Assembly (NCBI GenBank): GCA_965207065.1 | Contig: OZ242260.1 | Location: 140,601-204,600 of the forward strand | Length of the DNA stretch: 64,000 bases | Direction of reading: 5' to 3' | Source of the DNA: a bacterium | Lineage (GTDB): Bacteria; UBA8248 | Part shown: positions 47,442 through 57,310 of the stretch, piece after piece | Layout: each line of letters begins with the position of its first letter | Numbering within the stretch: position 1 is the stretch's first letter | Notes under the pieces: model-generated | Databases searched by the model: none | What the model was told of the DNA's origin: nothing | What the model saw: the letters and a program-made list of their open reading frames with translations, nothing else | Translations under genes and position numbers: made by a program

Positions 47442-50188
47442 CTCTTTTCTCTCCCCGTTTCATTCGCTCCGGCGATGGAAGCATTGCGCGCGACGTTTGA
47501 TTTCGCCGCCGCGGCGTGGGCGCCGCTTCTCTCATTTCCGCTATTGTTCCCGCCTTGGGCCGCTTCGCCTTCCGATTTTTCCGATTTGGCTGCGCCGTCC
47601 TTCTCTTTCTTGCCGTTTTTCTCTGCATGGGCGGCGGCATTCCCATCCCCTGCATTCTTCCCTGCATGAGCGGCGCCGCCCGCTGATTTCGCCGATTCGC
47701 CGTGGCCGCCGCCGGTTTGCTTCTCGCCGCTTCCACCACCGTGGCCCGCGCCGCCTTTGGATTTTTCCGATTCGCCGCCGCTCTTGCCGTCCCCGCCGTC
47801 TTTCGCGCCATGGCCCTTATCTTCGCCGGGGCCGTTCCTCCCGCGCGCGGTCTCGTGGGTTCCATGCCTCGTCCCCAACGACTTCCTCTTCCAAAGCGCG
47901 ACCTTGGCCAGACTGCCCTTTTCGGGAACGATGATCTTGGAGTTATGCGAGAGCGCGATTTCGAGTTTCTCGCGCCACAGCATGTTCCGGAGAACCTCCG
48001 GAGCGCTTTGCACGGCCCTGGACACCCGAAGGAGCGCATCGGCCTCCGCCCCGGCGCCCTTCACCCTCCGGTACGCCTCGCCGTCGGCCTGCTTCACTTC
48101 GTAATCGGCGTTGCCGTGCGCCTGGGGAGTGAGCGACACCAGGAGCCGCTGCGCGTTGACGATGATGCGCTCCTTGTCCTCCTGAGCGCTCGATACCTCC
48201 CGGAACGCGCTTATCGTCTCTTTCACGGGGCGGATGGACGCCAGGTTCACCTTGACCAGTTCGACGCTTCCGAACGCCGAGGCTCCTACGTCCGGGTGTC
48301 CGGAATCCGTCCTGGTGGAGAAATGCGCGAACAAATGGGTGACTTGCTTTTCCAGGGTTTCGCGGTGAACGTTGAGCAACTGCTCCAGACCCCGTGCGGA
48401 TACGAAGGAGCGCAGGTGATCCCGGACGCCGTCCTCGATGATTTTCGGCGCGTTCAGGACCCGATAATGGTAGGCGAAGGGGTCTTTCACCCGGTACTGC
48501 ACGTTCACGGTGAGGGAAACCAGATTCAGATCGCCGGACACGTATTCGTGGACGTCGCCGGACATGATGGACTTCACTTCCCGGACCGGCCATTTATCCA
48601 CCTCGACGAAGGGCCAGGGAGCGAGATAGTGCAGCCCCGGCTGCAGATCCTTCCAGTAGACCTTTCCGAACAATCGGCCGTAGCCGACTGTACCGGGAGG
48701 AACGGTCGTGAAGCCGGTGCCGAGGAAGATGAGGAGAATCAGGCCCGTGAGCATGAGGCCCATCGGCGTTTTCAGGGAGAAGGCGCCTCGTATGGGCCGG
48801 CCCCGGGTGAGGCGCTCCCATAGGCGTTTGCAGGGCTCGGACATGGAGCGGATGTTCTGCATCAGATCCTCGTATCCCGTCCGGAAAGCGCCGGCGCGGA
48901 AACGCCATATGATGAGGGCTAAAAAGGCCAGGGCGCTGCCGTATTGCAGCAACAGGATGGCGGGGGAGTCCGAGGCGTCGAGATTCACGGGGAGCGCGAA
49001 GCCGGTGGCGAAGAAAAAGGAGTCGATCAAAACGGCGAAGATGACGGTTACGACGATGACGACGCCGACATAGATGGATGCGAAGCGCGTGCCGAACTGG
49101 TTCATGATGACCGCGATGGTGCCCGTGTTGGTCGCCGGGCCCGTCATGAGAAAAATCAGCGCCGCCCCTGGGCTGAAGCCCTTGGCGACGAGCGCCGCGG
49201 CGATGGGCGTGCTCGCGGATGCGCATATGTAGAGGGGAATCCCGATGATGACCATGATCGGGTAGGACGCCCAGCGGGCGTATTCGTTCTGCATCAGGTC
49301 GCTCGGGATCACCAGAAAGAGCAATCCGCCCACGAAGACGCCGAAGAGCAGCGAGAAGAGGATGTCGTCCGCGATTTCGATGAAGCCGTAGCTGAATATG
49401 TGCCTGACGATCGTCCTGAAGCCCGGCAGCCGATCCTCCTCGGGCGCAGGGGCGAGGGCGGCCTCGGCCGATTCCTCATCGACGAGCAATTCCTCCTGAT
49501 AGAAGTCCGGCTTCACCCAGGACGCGGCCTTCCAGTTTCGCACCGATACGGCGACGCCTATCAGCCAGCGGCGCATGGCATGCTTCAGTTGCGTGGGGCT
49601 GATATAGCAGTCCTCCGAGCCCGGCATGAGCGGCTCGTGCACGCCGTGGTCGTGGCCGTGATCATGGTCGTGTCCGTGGCCATGATCATGCCCGTGATCA
49701 TGCCCGTGATCATGCCCGTGATCGTGGTCGTGTTCGCCTTCCTTCGCTTCGCCCTGGTCGGTTCTGATGAGGCCGATGCAGAAAATGCCTGCGACGACCG
49801 CGGTGACGAAGCTGATGAGGGGCCGCACTATCGCCGCTATCCACCCGAAGAAGGCGTTCGTCACGAGGATCGAATCGGCGCCCGTTTCGGGAGCCGTTAT
49901 CAGAAAAGACATGCACGAGGAGCGCGAAGCCCCCTTCCGCCGCATCTCGGCGACCACGGGCACGACCGAGCAACTGCACAGCGGCACGGGCACGCCGACT
50001 GCCGAACTGACGCTTACCGATTTCAGGCCATCGTCGCGAAGCCACCGGAGAATGGCCTGGCGGGAGATGAATACGTGGATGAGGCCGGAGAGGAACAGCC
50101 CGAGCAGCAGCATGGGCGAGAGCAGAAGGAACGACATCCACAAAAAGTAGAAAAAATCAGCGAATCTGCTCGCCAACTCGGTAGTCAA
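47438..50188 (-). CDS. DUF318/ArsP-type (SO_0444-like) metal permease fused to an HflK-like SPFH domain
   Basis: PLCSCSVVP, APETGADS, DHGH repeats, YICASASTP, GPATN; then PGLHYLAPWP, SGDLNLV, AFREVSSA in one frame; TTG start approximate. Confidence 0.85.
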   Translation of the reverse strand: MTTELASRFADFFYFLWMSFLLLSPMLLLGLFLSGLIHVFISRQAILRWLRDDGLKSVSVSSAVGVPVPLCSCSVVPVVAEMRRKGASRSSCMSFLITAPETGADSILVTNAFFGWIAAIVRPLISFVTAVVAGIFCIGLIRTDQGEAKEGEHDHDHGHDHGHDHGHDHGHGHDHDHGHDHGVHEPLMPGSEDCYISPTQLKHAMRRWLIGVAVSVRNWKAASWVKPDFYQEELLVDEESAEAALAPAPEEDRLPGFRTIVRHIFSYGFIEIADDILFSLLFGVFVGGLLFLVIPSDLMQNEYARWASYPIMVIIGIPLYICASASTPIAAALVAKGFSPGAALIFLMTGPATNTGTIAVIMNQFGTRFASIYVGVVIVVTVIFAVLIDSFFFATGFALPVNLDASDSPAILLLQYGSALAFLALIIWRFRAGAFRTGYEDLMQNIRSMSEPCKRLWERLTRGRPIRGAFSLKTPMGLMLTGLILLIFLGTGFTTVPPGTVGYGRLFGKVYWKDLQPGLHYLAPWPFVEVDKWPVREVKSIMSGDVHEYVSGDLNLVSLTVNVQYRVKDPFAYHYRVLNAPKIIEDGVRDHLRSFVSARGLEQLLNVHRETLEKQVTHLFAHFSTRTDSGHPDVGASAFGSVELVKVNLASIRPVKETISAFREVSSAQEDKERIIVNAQRLLVSLTPQAHGNADYEVKQADGEAYRRVKGAGAEADALLRVSRAVQSAPEVLRNMLWREKLEIALSHNSKIIVPEKGSLAKVALWKRKSLGTRHGTHETARGRNGPGEDKGHGAKDGGDGKSGGESEKSKGGAGHGGGSGEKQTGGGHGESAKSAGGAAHAGKNAGDGNAAAHAEKNGKKEKDGAAKSEKSEGEAAQGGNNSGNERSGAHAAAAKSNVARNASIAGANETGREKR

Positions 50189-50507
50189 AGGGTTATCCCC
50201 CAAGGAAGGGGTTCCACAAAAAAAACTTTCGTGGAGCGCCTCGTGTAACACCCCAACCAACATAGTGATAATTCGTCAAGTTACAAGGCGAAAGGGGGTA
50301 TGTCAACGAATTTCTTCAGGCGCACTTACATAGTTTTCGCAGAAAGGTGTTCTGCGAAGAGGGGGCGGGAAAATTTCCCGTCAAAACCATCTGCCGAGGC
50401 GTCCGGGCCGGCGAACGCCGCTACTACGAAAATTCAGGCGCGGGCTACCGGGAATACGCGGGGAGCCGGGCGGACTCGCTCCATATCCCCGGGAAACGCC
50501 GCCCAAT

Positions 50508-51650
50508 TTATTTCCCCGAAAGGCACGTCCCGAGCGATTTCGCCATGCTGCGCATGAGGGTGAAATACGCGTCCTCCCCGGCGGGGATTCCCGTACCCAG
50601 CGGATCGAGCACGCCGGTTCCGGCCCCCGTGCCCTCCATGATGACCTTCACGAGCCTGGGCTGGAACTGCGGCTCGGTGAACACGCAGATCGACTTCGTG
50701 TCCCTGATCTTCCTGCGTATCGCCACCAGGCGCGCCGAGCCCGGCTTCTTCTCGGGCGAGAGGGTCACCGAACCGATGGGGGTCAGTCCGTAGCGTTTCT
50801 CCATGTATTGATACGCATCGTGAAAGACGATGTAGGGCGCGCCTTTCACGGGGGCCAGCGCCTGCGCGAGTTCCTTGTGCAAGGCGTCGATGCGGGCCTT
50901 GAGGTTTTGCGCGTTCGACTCGTATTTTTTCTTGTTCGCAGGATCCACCTCTTCGAGTTCATGCGCGATGGCGTCCACCCACCTACGGGCGTTCATGGGG
51001 TCGAGCCAAATGTGCGCGTCGAAGCCTCCGTGATCCTCCTCATCCCCATGATCACCCTTGGCCTCGGCCTTCTCGTGATGATCGTCGTCTTTCGCCTTGG
51101 CTTCCATTTTCTCGTGGTCGTCATCCTTCGCCCCGGTTTTTTCCTTCTCGTCATGATGATCATCTTCAGCTTTCCCGCGTTTCTCCTTGTCGTGATCATC
51201 GTCCCCGTCTTTCGCCTCTTTGCCCTCATCATGATGATCGCCTTCGGCCTTTTTCTCTCCGCCGTGATCATCGTCGTGCCCTTCCCACAAACCGCCTTCC
51301 CTGAGCTTCAACAACTCCAGTCCTTTCAATTCTCCCAGGGCGACGACGTTCGCCCTTTTCGGCAGAATTTCGAGAGGCCGCTCGAGGCCCGGGGCGAGCA
51401 CATCGCCCACCCAGAAAATCACGCGCGCTCTTTCGAGCTCTCTGGCGTCGGAGGGTTTGAGGGAAAACGTATGGGGCGAGGCAACGCCCTTTATCAGAAG
51501 ATAGGGTTCGCCGATCCCTTTCATGACTCCCGAAACCAGCGAATGAAGCGGTTTGATAGAAGTCACCACCCTTGGGGCGGCCGATGCGGGAGCGGCATGG
51601 TGAGCTGTCAAGACTATTGCCAGAAACCCGACGGTCAATAAATTTTTCAT
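50508..51650 (-). CDS. znuA: Zinc ABC transporter substrate-binding protein
   Basis: TSIKPLHSL, SPHTFSLKPS, long His/Asp/Glu loop, HIWLDP, FHDAYQY, EPQF. Confidence 0.93.
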   Translation of the reverse strand: MKNLLTVGFLAIVLTAHHAAPASAAPRVVTSIKPLHSLVSGVMKGIGEPYLLIKGVASPHTFSLKPSDARELERARVIFWVGDVLAPGLERPLEILPKRANVVALGELKGLELLKLREGGLWEGHDDDHGGEKKAEGDHHDEGKEAKDGDDDHDKEKRGKAEDDHHDEKEKTGAKDDDHEKMEAKAKDDDHHEKAEAKGDHGDEEDHGGFDAHIWLDPMNARRWVDAIAHELEEVDPANKKKYESNAQNLKARIDALHKELAQALAPVKGAPYIVFHDAYQYMEKRYGLTPIGSVTLSPEKKPGSARLVAIRRKIRDTKSICVFTEPQFQPRLVKVIMEGTGAGTGVLDPLGTGIPAGEDAYFTLMRSMAKSLGTCLSGK

Positions 51651-51694
51651 GAATAATATCCCTTTTGGCCTGGAATGTGATTGAAGACAATGCA

Positions 51695-51717
51695 ATAATG
51701 GTATAGTATAATATATC
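51695..51717. promoter_or_regulatory. Zur box
   Basis: ATAATGGTATAGTATAATATATC resembles GAAATGTTATANTATAACATTTC; lies between divergent znuA and zur. Confidence 0.7.
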
Positions 51718-51742
51718 TATTTTCTGATCAAGGAATAATTAA

Positions 51743-52231
51743 ATGCCATCAAGCAACAATAATTTTCCCAACAGACATCACGACCATGCGGTCTGTATCG
51801 AGAGTGCGCTGGTACAAGCCGAATTGCTTTGCAGGGAACGCGGAGTAAGGCTCACGCCGCTCAGGAGGCGCGTTCTAGAAATCGTATGGGAGAGCCACGC
51901 GCCCCTTGGCGCCTACGACGCGCTCCAGCGCATGAACGCAGGCGGGGAGCGAAACGCTCCGCCCACCGTCTACCGGGCGCTGGATTTTCTCCTGAAGCAC
52001 GGCCTCATTCACCGCATCGAGAGCATGAACGCGTTCGTGGGATGCGCCACACCGGAGTATACTCACAAAGGCCAGTTCTTCATCTGCCGAGATTGTGGAA
52101 ACGTGGCCGAGGCGCACAGCAAGGAAATCAGCGAGGCCATCGAGGCAAGCGCCACCCGAACCGGTTTTCTGGTGGAAACGCCAGTCGTGGAAATCAGCGG
52201 TCAGTGCCTGGAGTGTCATGACAATGAATGA
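51743..52231 (+). CDS. zur: Zinc uptake regulator (Fur family)
   Basis: RLTPLRRRVL, GAYD, PPTVYRALDFL, CRDC...CLEC. Confidence 0.92.
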   Translation: MPSSNNNFPNRHHDHAVCIESALVQAELLCRERGVRLTPLRRRVLEIVWESHAPLGAYDALQRMNAGGERNAPPTVYRALDFLLKHGLIHRIESMNAFVGCATPEYTHKGQFFICRDCGNVAEAHSKEISEAIEASATRTGFLVETPVVEISGQCLECHDNE

Positions 52232-53009
52232 AGCGCGACCTCCCCTCATTTCCGTTGCGAACCTCAACTTCGGCATCGGGGAGACGACGATTCTCCAAAA
52301 CATCAACCTCGAAATATCGGCGGGCGAAATCCTCACTCTTGTCGGCCCTAACGGCGCGGGCAAAACCACCTTGGTCCGCGTGCTGCTCGGACTGCTCAAG
52401 CCCGACTCGGGCGAGATCCGCCGAAAGGAGGGCATTTCGGTCGGCTACCTTCCCCAGGCTTTCGAGGTGGACCCCTCGCTTCCGCTCACAGTGCGCAGGT
52501 TGTTAAGCCTCACGCAAAAGCCGTCGCTCAAGCAGATGGAGGCGCATCTCGAAGAGGTGGGCGCGAGAAACCTGCTGGATCATCCCGTCCAGAGCCTCTC
52601 GGGTGGAGAGCGCCAGCGCGTGCTTCTCGCCCGCGCCCTGCTGCGCAATCCCGAACTTCTCGTTCTCGACGAACCCATCCAGAACGTGGACATCAACGGA
52701 CAGACCGAACTCTACCGACTCATCATGAAGATCAGAGACAACAGGGGCTGCGGTGTTCTCATGATCTCGCACGACCTCCACCTCGTTATGGCGTTCACCG
52801 ACCTCGTGGTGTGCCTCAACAAGCACATCTGTTGTTCCGGACATCCCGAAGCCGTGAGCAAGCACCCCGAATACCTCGCCCTGTTTGGAAAGCAGGCGGC
52901 TGAGAGCCTGGCGGTCTACACACACAGGCACGACCACGTTCACGGACCAGAAGGGGAGATACTCCCCATCGAACCCGAAGAAGCCCATCACCATCATGGA
53001 GACACCTGA
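52224..53009 (+). CDS. znuC: Zinc ABC transporter ATPase
   Basis: GPNGAGKT, LSGGE, LDEP, SHDL, HICCSGHP, His-rich tail. Confidence 0.93.
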   Translation: MNEARPPLISVANLNFGIGETTILQNINLEISAGEILTLVGPNGAGKTTLVRVLLGLLKPDSGEIRRKEGISVGYLPQAFEVDPSLPLTVRRLLSLTQKPSLKQMEAHLEEVGARNLLDHPVQSLSGGERQRVLLARALLRNPELLVLDEPIQNVDINGQTELYRLIMKIRDNRGCGVLMISHDLHLVMAFTDLVVCLNKHICCSGHPEAVSKHPEYLALFGKQAAESLAVYTHRHDHVHGPEGEILPIEPEEAHHHHGDT

Positions 53010-53800
53010 TGGAGGATTTCATGCTCAGAGGTCTCATGGGAGGGGTGGGCGTCGCCCTGGTCACGGGCCCCGTGGGCTGTTTCATCGTCTGGCGCAAGAT
53101 GGCCTATTTCGGGAATTCCATGTCCCACACGGCTCTCCTCGGCGTGGCGATAGGGTTCGCCTTCGGGGTGGATATCAGGCTCGGCATCCTCATCTCCTGC
53201 ATCGGCCTCGCGCTCATCCTCCTGATGCTGCAAAGCCGGAAAACACTCTCCACCGATACGCTGCTGGGCATCCTGGCGCACACGGCGCTTTCGGTGGGCA
53301 TCATCGCCGTCAGCGTGCTGGAGACGCTCCGGGTCGATCTGATAGGCTATCTCTTCGGCGACATCCTCGCGGTCGGCCCGCTGGATTTGTGGTGGATCTA
53401 CCTCGGCGGGGCGGCGGCGCTGGGTACGCTCGCGTGGCTGTGGCGAGGCCTTCTCGCCGTCACGGTGAACGAAGAACTCGCGAGCGCCGAGGGGATACCG
53501 ACATTCGCCGTGAAACTCGTCTTCATGCTCCTGATCGCCTTCATCATCGCCATCGCCATGAAGTTGATAGGAATACTGCTCATCACCTCGATGCTCATCA
53601 TACCGGCGGCGGCGGCGCGGCGATTCTCCAAAACACCCGAGCAGATGGCGGCGCTCGCCGCCCTGGCGGGGACCGTATCAGTAGTGGCGGGTCTGTGGGT
53701 GTCGGTCGCATGGAACGCGCCCGCAGGGCCGTGCATCGTTGTGGCGGCGGCGGCGCTGTTCCTTTTCAGCCATACCTGGGAGATCCTGACCGGTAGGTGA
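53009..53800 (+). CDS. znuB: Zinc ABC transporter permease
   Basis: GCFIVWRKMAYFG, YLFGDILAV, IIPAAAARR. Confidence 0.93.
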   Translation: MEDFMLRGLMGGVGVALVTGPVGCFIVWRKMAYFGNSMSHTALLGVAIGFAFGVDIRLGILISCIGLALILLMLQSRKTLSTDTLLGILAHTALSVGIIAVSVLETLRVDLIGYLFGDILAVGPLDLWWIYLGGAAALGTLAWLWRGLLAVTVNEELASAEGIPTFAVKLVFMLLIAFIIAIAMKLIGILLITSMLIIPAAAARRFSKTPEQMAALAALAGTVSVVAGLWVSVAWNAPAGPCIVVAAAALFLFSHTWEILTGR

Positions 53801-54109
53801 TGAACGGCGCGGCACCCCCTGACTAGACTGCATCGAACGCACCGTTACCTCGGATGTAAGCATTCGGTGGCAAGGTGATGGCCGTGCTGAAACCGGTGCC
53901 TACATGAAGCATTGTCCGAAAAGAGTCAGACCAGCGCAGTGTCCTCACCACTTCGGCAGTGGCAGGAGATTCTGGTGGTCCCGGTGAATCAGCAGCATTC
54001 TCACTTACCGTGGGGGACATTGGCCCGCGTCGTTAGCACTCACTCCGGAGAGTCTGTGGTCCGCTCTATCATCCCACCAGCGAACGGATACCCCGACATA
54101 GACCCGCCG

Positions 54110-54276
54110 GGATATGCAGAAGTTAGAATTCGCCCGCTTTCGGCTTGTTTACGGACTGCGGAAGGCGAATTCTGAAAGAAACCTCCAATTACCGATACTG
54201 ACAATACTTTCAACAATTTATAATTGTTTCACCCCCGCCGGAATTCCCCCACCGTCTGTAAACGGGCGGAATATCC
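54110..54276 (+). repeat. ~167-bp diverged direct repeat, copy 2
   Basis: Colinear with 40915..41081. Confidence 0.8.
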
Positions 54277-54307
54277 TATTTTAAATGCACCTCATATTCA
54301 GCAGGAA

Positions 54308-54742
54308 TTATTCTCTTTTGAAAGATTTGATAGTTTCAATCTCAATACCTTCATTGTATTTGTCCACCTGATTCGGAATCGTGAACAAGTCGATAAACCA
54401 CCAGATTGCATAGGCAAACAACCCCATGAAACCAATCGCTATTATGAATTCTCCCTCTGATAATTCTTCGCTCGATACATGAAGCGCACTCGGATCAAAA
54501 CTCATGATGAGGCCAGATAACAGAAAGATGGAAGCAATGGATGGTCCGATGATATAGAGTATTCCCGCCCAAATATTGCCGAGATAGAACTTGTGGATGC
54601 CGAGAAAACTAAGGAAGAACCATAACACATAAGTGAGACTGACGGATTTTTTCCGTCGCTCAATTTCACTTTGCAAGATATGAAATTCCCTGTCGCTAAG
54701 ATTGGATTTTAGAGCTATCAGTTCTTTGGAGCGGTCTGTCAT
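54308..54742 (-). CDS. TM2 domain membrane protein
   Basis: KSVSLTYVLWFFLSFLGIHKFYLG...WWFIDLFTIP. Confidence 0.85.
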   Translation of the reverse strand: MTDRSKELIALKSNLSDREFHILQSEIERRKKSVSLTYVLWFFLSFLGIHKFYLGNIWAGILYIIGPSIASIFLLSGLIMSFDPSALHVSSEELSEGEFIIAIGFMGLFAYAIWWFIDLFTIPNQVDKYNEGIEIETIKSFKRE

Positions 54743-55248
54743 ATTATTGCTTCCTCATTGGTTTTCTCGTCATTATTCTTAACTTCAAGTCGAGGAATTT
54801 CTATATGCCATTTTGTCTCCAATGAGTCCAAAAACTCATTCATGGGAAAATAAGAATAGCCTTCATCTGGCTTTGCCTTGAACCCTTTTTTGAGTAATCC
54901 TCGGATATATATTTCGTTATAAAAGAAGGGAAATGATAAGATGCAGATTATGGTTAAACCCACCATGGATAGGGCAATATATTGGGTGGATTGAGAGAAT
55001 TCGGCTAAACTAGTTTGTGTGAAAATTGACGATGCGTAAACTCCGGGAATCCCGCACAAAAACATAATGATTGCCCATTTCGAGTCTCCTCTCCACGCTG
55101 GTACTCCCCAGGCAAAGAGTAGTCCTAAAAAAAGGGCTGACCATGAAAAACCAACTGGCGCTTTTTTAATGTGCGCTCTCTTTTTCCACCACGATAATGA
55201 TTTGGTATCTTGATTTTCTTTCATAAACACGATCTTCGCGTAAGCCAT
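54739..55248 (-). CDS. Small membrane protein (DUF2628/HrgC-like)
   Basis: KKAPVGFSWSAL...PAWRGD...YNEIYI..LLKKGF; start at MAYAK after AGGA. Confidence 0.7.
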   Translation of the reverse strand: MAYAKIVFMKENQDTKSLSWWKKRAHIKKAPVGFSWSALFLGLLFAWGVPAWRGDSKWAIIMFLCGIPGVYASSIFTQTSLAEFSQSTQYIALSMVGLTIICILSFPFFYNEIYIRGLLKKGFKAKPDEGYSYFPMNEFLDSLETKWHIEIPRLEVKNNDEKTNEEAII

Positions 55249-55386
55249 GTATTCCTGCCTCAAAAAGAAATATGGGAATAGCCCGTCTTCGCTGTCGGGC
55301 CGGTGGCCTTTCAATTCAAGAAAACTCAACTAAAACCAACTTTTTATTTGACGGTTATCATTTGCGGTTTTTTTATTTTGCAAACT

Positions 55387-55545
55387 TCAATTATCTGCCC
55401 AGTATCTGAAAAGCATTCTTATAAATAAGGCGGAAACGAGAATGATTCCGTAAATTTGATATTTCCATTTTCGCCAGAAATCTTTTTCTTCTTTGTCTCT
55501 ATCGTCTTGAGCCTCTTGAGCGATTGACTCTTTGTCTTTAGTCAC
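55387..55545 (-). CDS. 52-aa single-pass membrane protein
   Basis: Not in the ORF track; GAAGGAAGG RBS, GTG start, MTKDKES...YGIILVSALFIRMLFRYWADN. Confidence 0.5.
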   Translation of the reverse strand: MTKDKESIAQEAQDDRDKEEKDFWRKWKYQIYGIILVSALFIRMLFRYWADN

Positions 55546-55566
55546 ATTTCCTTCCTTCTAGGATGA

Positions 55567-56178
55567 TTACGACTCTTTGCTATGGTCGTTATTTTGTCTT
55601 TTTTCATCGCCCATCATTCGCGCCCTTATAGAACCAGACGATAAGAGCAGACCTAAAGCGGAAAGAAGAATCAATACCATTTTCCCGCCATAGGTTTCCC
55701 AAAATGGTAATTCTGTATTATGTGGTAGAGAGACATGCGCGAGACTTGCGAGTTTTTCTAATTCAGTGCGATTGAATTCAACATAGACAACTTGGTCTGA
55801 GATTTTTGAGTTCTCAATATAACCACACCATCGGATGTGATAATTCCAAACTGGTAACGAAAAGATCGTAATCGACTTGTAAATTATTCCGACATCAAAG
55901 AAATGTCCGTCTGTTGTTTTGAAAGGTGGAGTATCCGGAAAATCTACGATTTTGATCGTGTTTTCCCCGCCGTAAGTAAAAGGAGCAAATTTTCGGATCC
56001 AAGTCTCCACTGAAGGTGGCTCGTAATATTCAACATATCCAAGAATGGCGATCATGATGATTACGGCAATACTAATTCTCAGTGGTTTGGACGCAGTAGA
56101 TGAGCGAGTCACAGTCCCCTCATATGAAAAGGGAATATCCAACCGTCCCGACACTTGATCGGGCCGGTTGCCAGACAA
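55567..56178 (-). CDS. Hypothetical membrane protein
   Basis: Two TM segments around a soluble domain (LPVWNY...PFWETYGGK); start uncertain. Confidence 0.65.
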   Translation of the reverse strand: MSGNRPDQVSGRLDIPFSYEGTVTRSSTASKPLRISIAVIIMIAILGYVEYYEPPSVETWIRKFAPFTYGGENTIKIVDFPDTPPFKTTDGHFFDVGIIYKSITIFSLPVWNYHIRWCGYIENSKISDQVVYVEFNRTELEKLASLAHVSLPHNTELPFWETYGGKMVLILLSALGLLLSSGSIRARMMGDEKRQNNDHSKES

Positions 56179-56645
56179 CGCACAGATTGCTCGGTGGGTT
56201 CCCGCGTATTCCCGCAGGGATGCGGTCTTCTATTTCGCAGGCGACCCGAATTAAAGGTCGATCTGCACGTTATCTGGCAAGAAGTAATATGGATGATGGG
56301 GTTTGGATTTGTCAATGATTAACAGTTCGTCGTTGATTGAATTTTACGAAAACTTGAACTTATCTTCGTGTTTCGTGTGTTATCCAGGTGGGTCATTTCA
56401 TTAGAGAATGGTCAATTCAGATTGAATCTGGAGAAGTGAACTAGGCTTTGCGCTGAAACGACCTTGGAAACATTTTCGTTGGAAACCAAGAACTTTGGAT
56501 ACCGGTCGAAAATTGCGAAACAACAAGCTCAAACGACTTCGGCTGTCACGGAAATCCATCTAATGCCGGAGTATATTTTTGTCCTACCAGGCCATCGCGA
56601 TGAATGGTCCTCTCCCACTTCAAGTAGGCTGTCAGCACCAGAAAC

Positions 56646-56675
56646 TTGACATATTATATTAAAATATGTTATAAT
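56646..56675 (+). promoter_or_regulatory. Consensus sigma70 promoter upstream of xis-int with an overlapping inverted repeat
   Basis: TTGACA-18 bp-TATAAT with extended TG; ACATATT/AATATGT palindrome at 56649-56669. Confidence 0.65.
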
Positions 56676-56879
56676 ATTATTAATATTTAGCATGAATGTG
56701 TCTGGTTTTTTCTTGTGCCAAGCCCACAAATTTATTCAATGCCAATGATGTAACGCTGTGGGGCTCTTCCTTGATTGAGGAAATCCAATAGGGGGAATTG
56801 TGCGCAAGTTATGCTGCTTAAAACCAAGAAAAAGAAATCTGTATTTTGGTGAATTTTTTTATCATAAGGAGAAATTTAT

Positions 56880-57299
56880 ATGCATGAAATGAATCACAAT
56901 CCACAAAATTACGAACCACGGTTACTTCAATTTCCGCTAGGGATAGAGGAGGATGCTGATAGCAAGATGAAGGCGAAAATCCCAATGCATTCTCTAGAGG
57001 CACAATTCCCACCTTTAACAAAAAACGGGACTCTGCGAAATTCTCAACCTGCAAATGACCGAAAGCGCAGATCCTCCACTGTGCCGACCATCTCGGCGAA
57101 AGATCTCGAAAACAACAAATACCTAACCGTCAAGGAAGCAGCTATTTATACCAACACTCCAGAGAACACTATCCGCAGTAAATGGATAGCGATGCGAAAA
57201 GCCCCATATCACAAGATAGGGAAATCAGTAATGTTCAATCGTGTCGAACTAGATGAGTGGATGGAGCAGCAGAAAATCGAACCCATTACTATAGATTAG
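56880..57299 (+). CDS. Excisionase-like helix-turn-helix protein
   Basis: YLTVKEAAIY...PYHKIGKSVMFNRVELDEWM; directly upstream of the integrase; true start may be later. Confidence 0.8.
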   Translation: MHEMNHNPQNYEPRLLQFPLGIEEDADSKMKAKIPMHSLEAQFPPLTKNGTLRNSQPANDRKRRSSTVPTISAKDLENNKYLTVKEAAIYTNTPENTIRSKWIAMRKAPYHKIGKSVMFNRVELDEWMEQQKIEPITID

Positions 57300-57310
57300 A
57301 GGAAGTATGA

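Noticed and set aside
49646-49735. 12-bp DNA tandem repeat as an independent element
   Set aside because: Encodes the DHGH metal-binding loop of the permease
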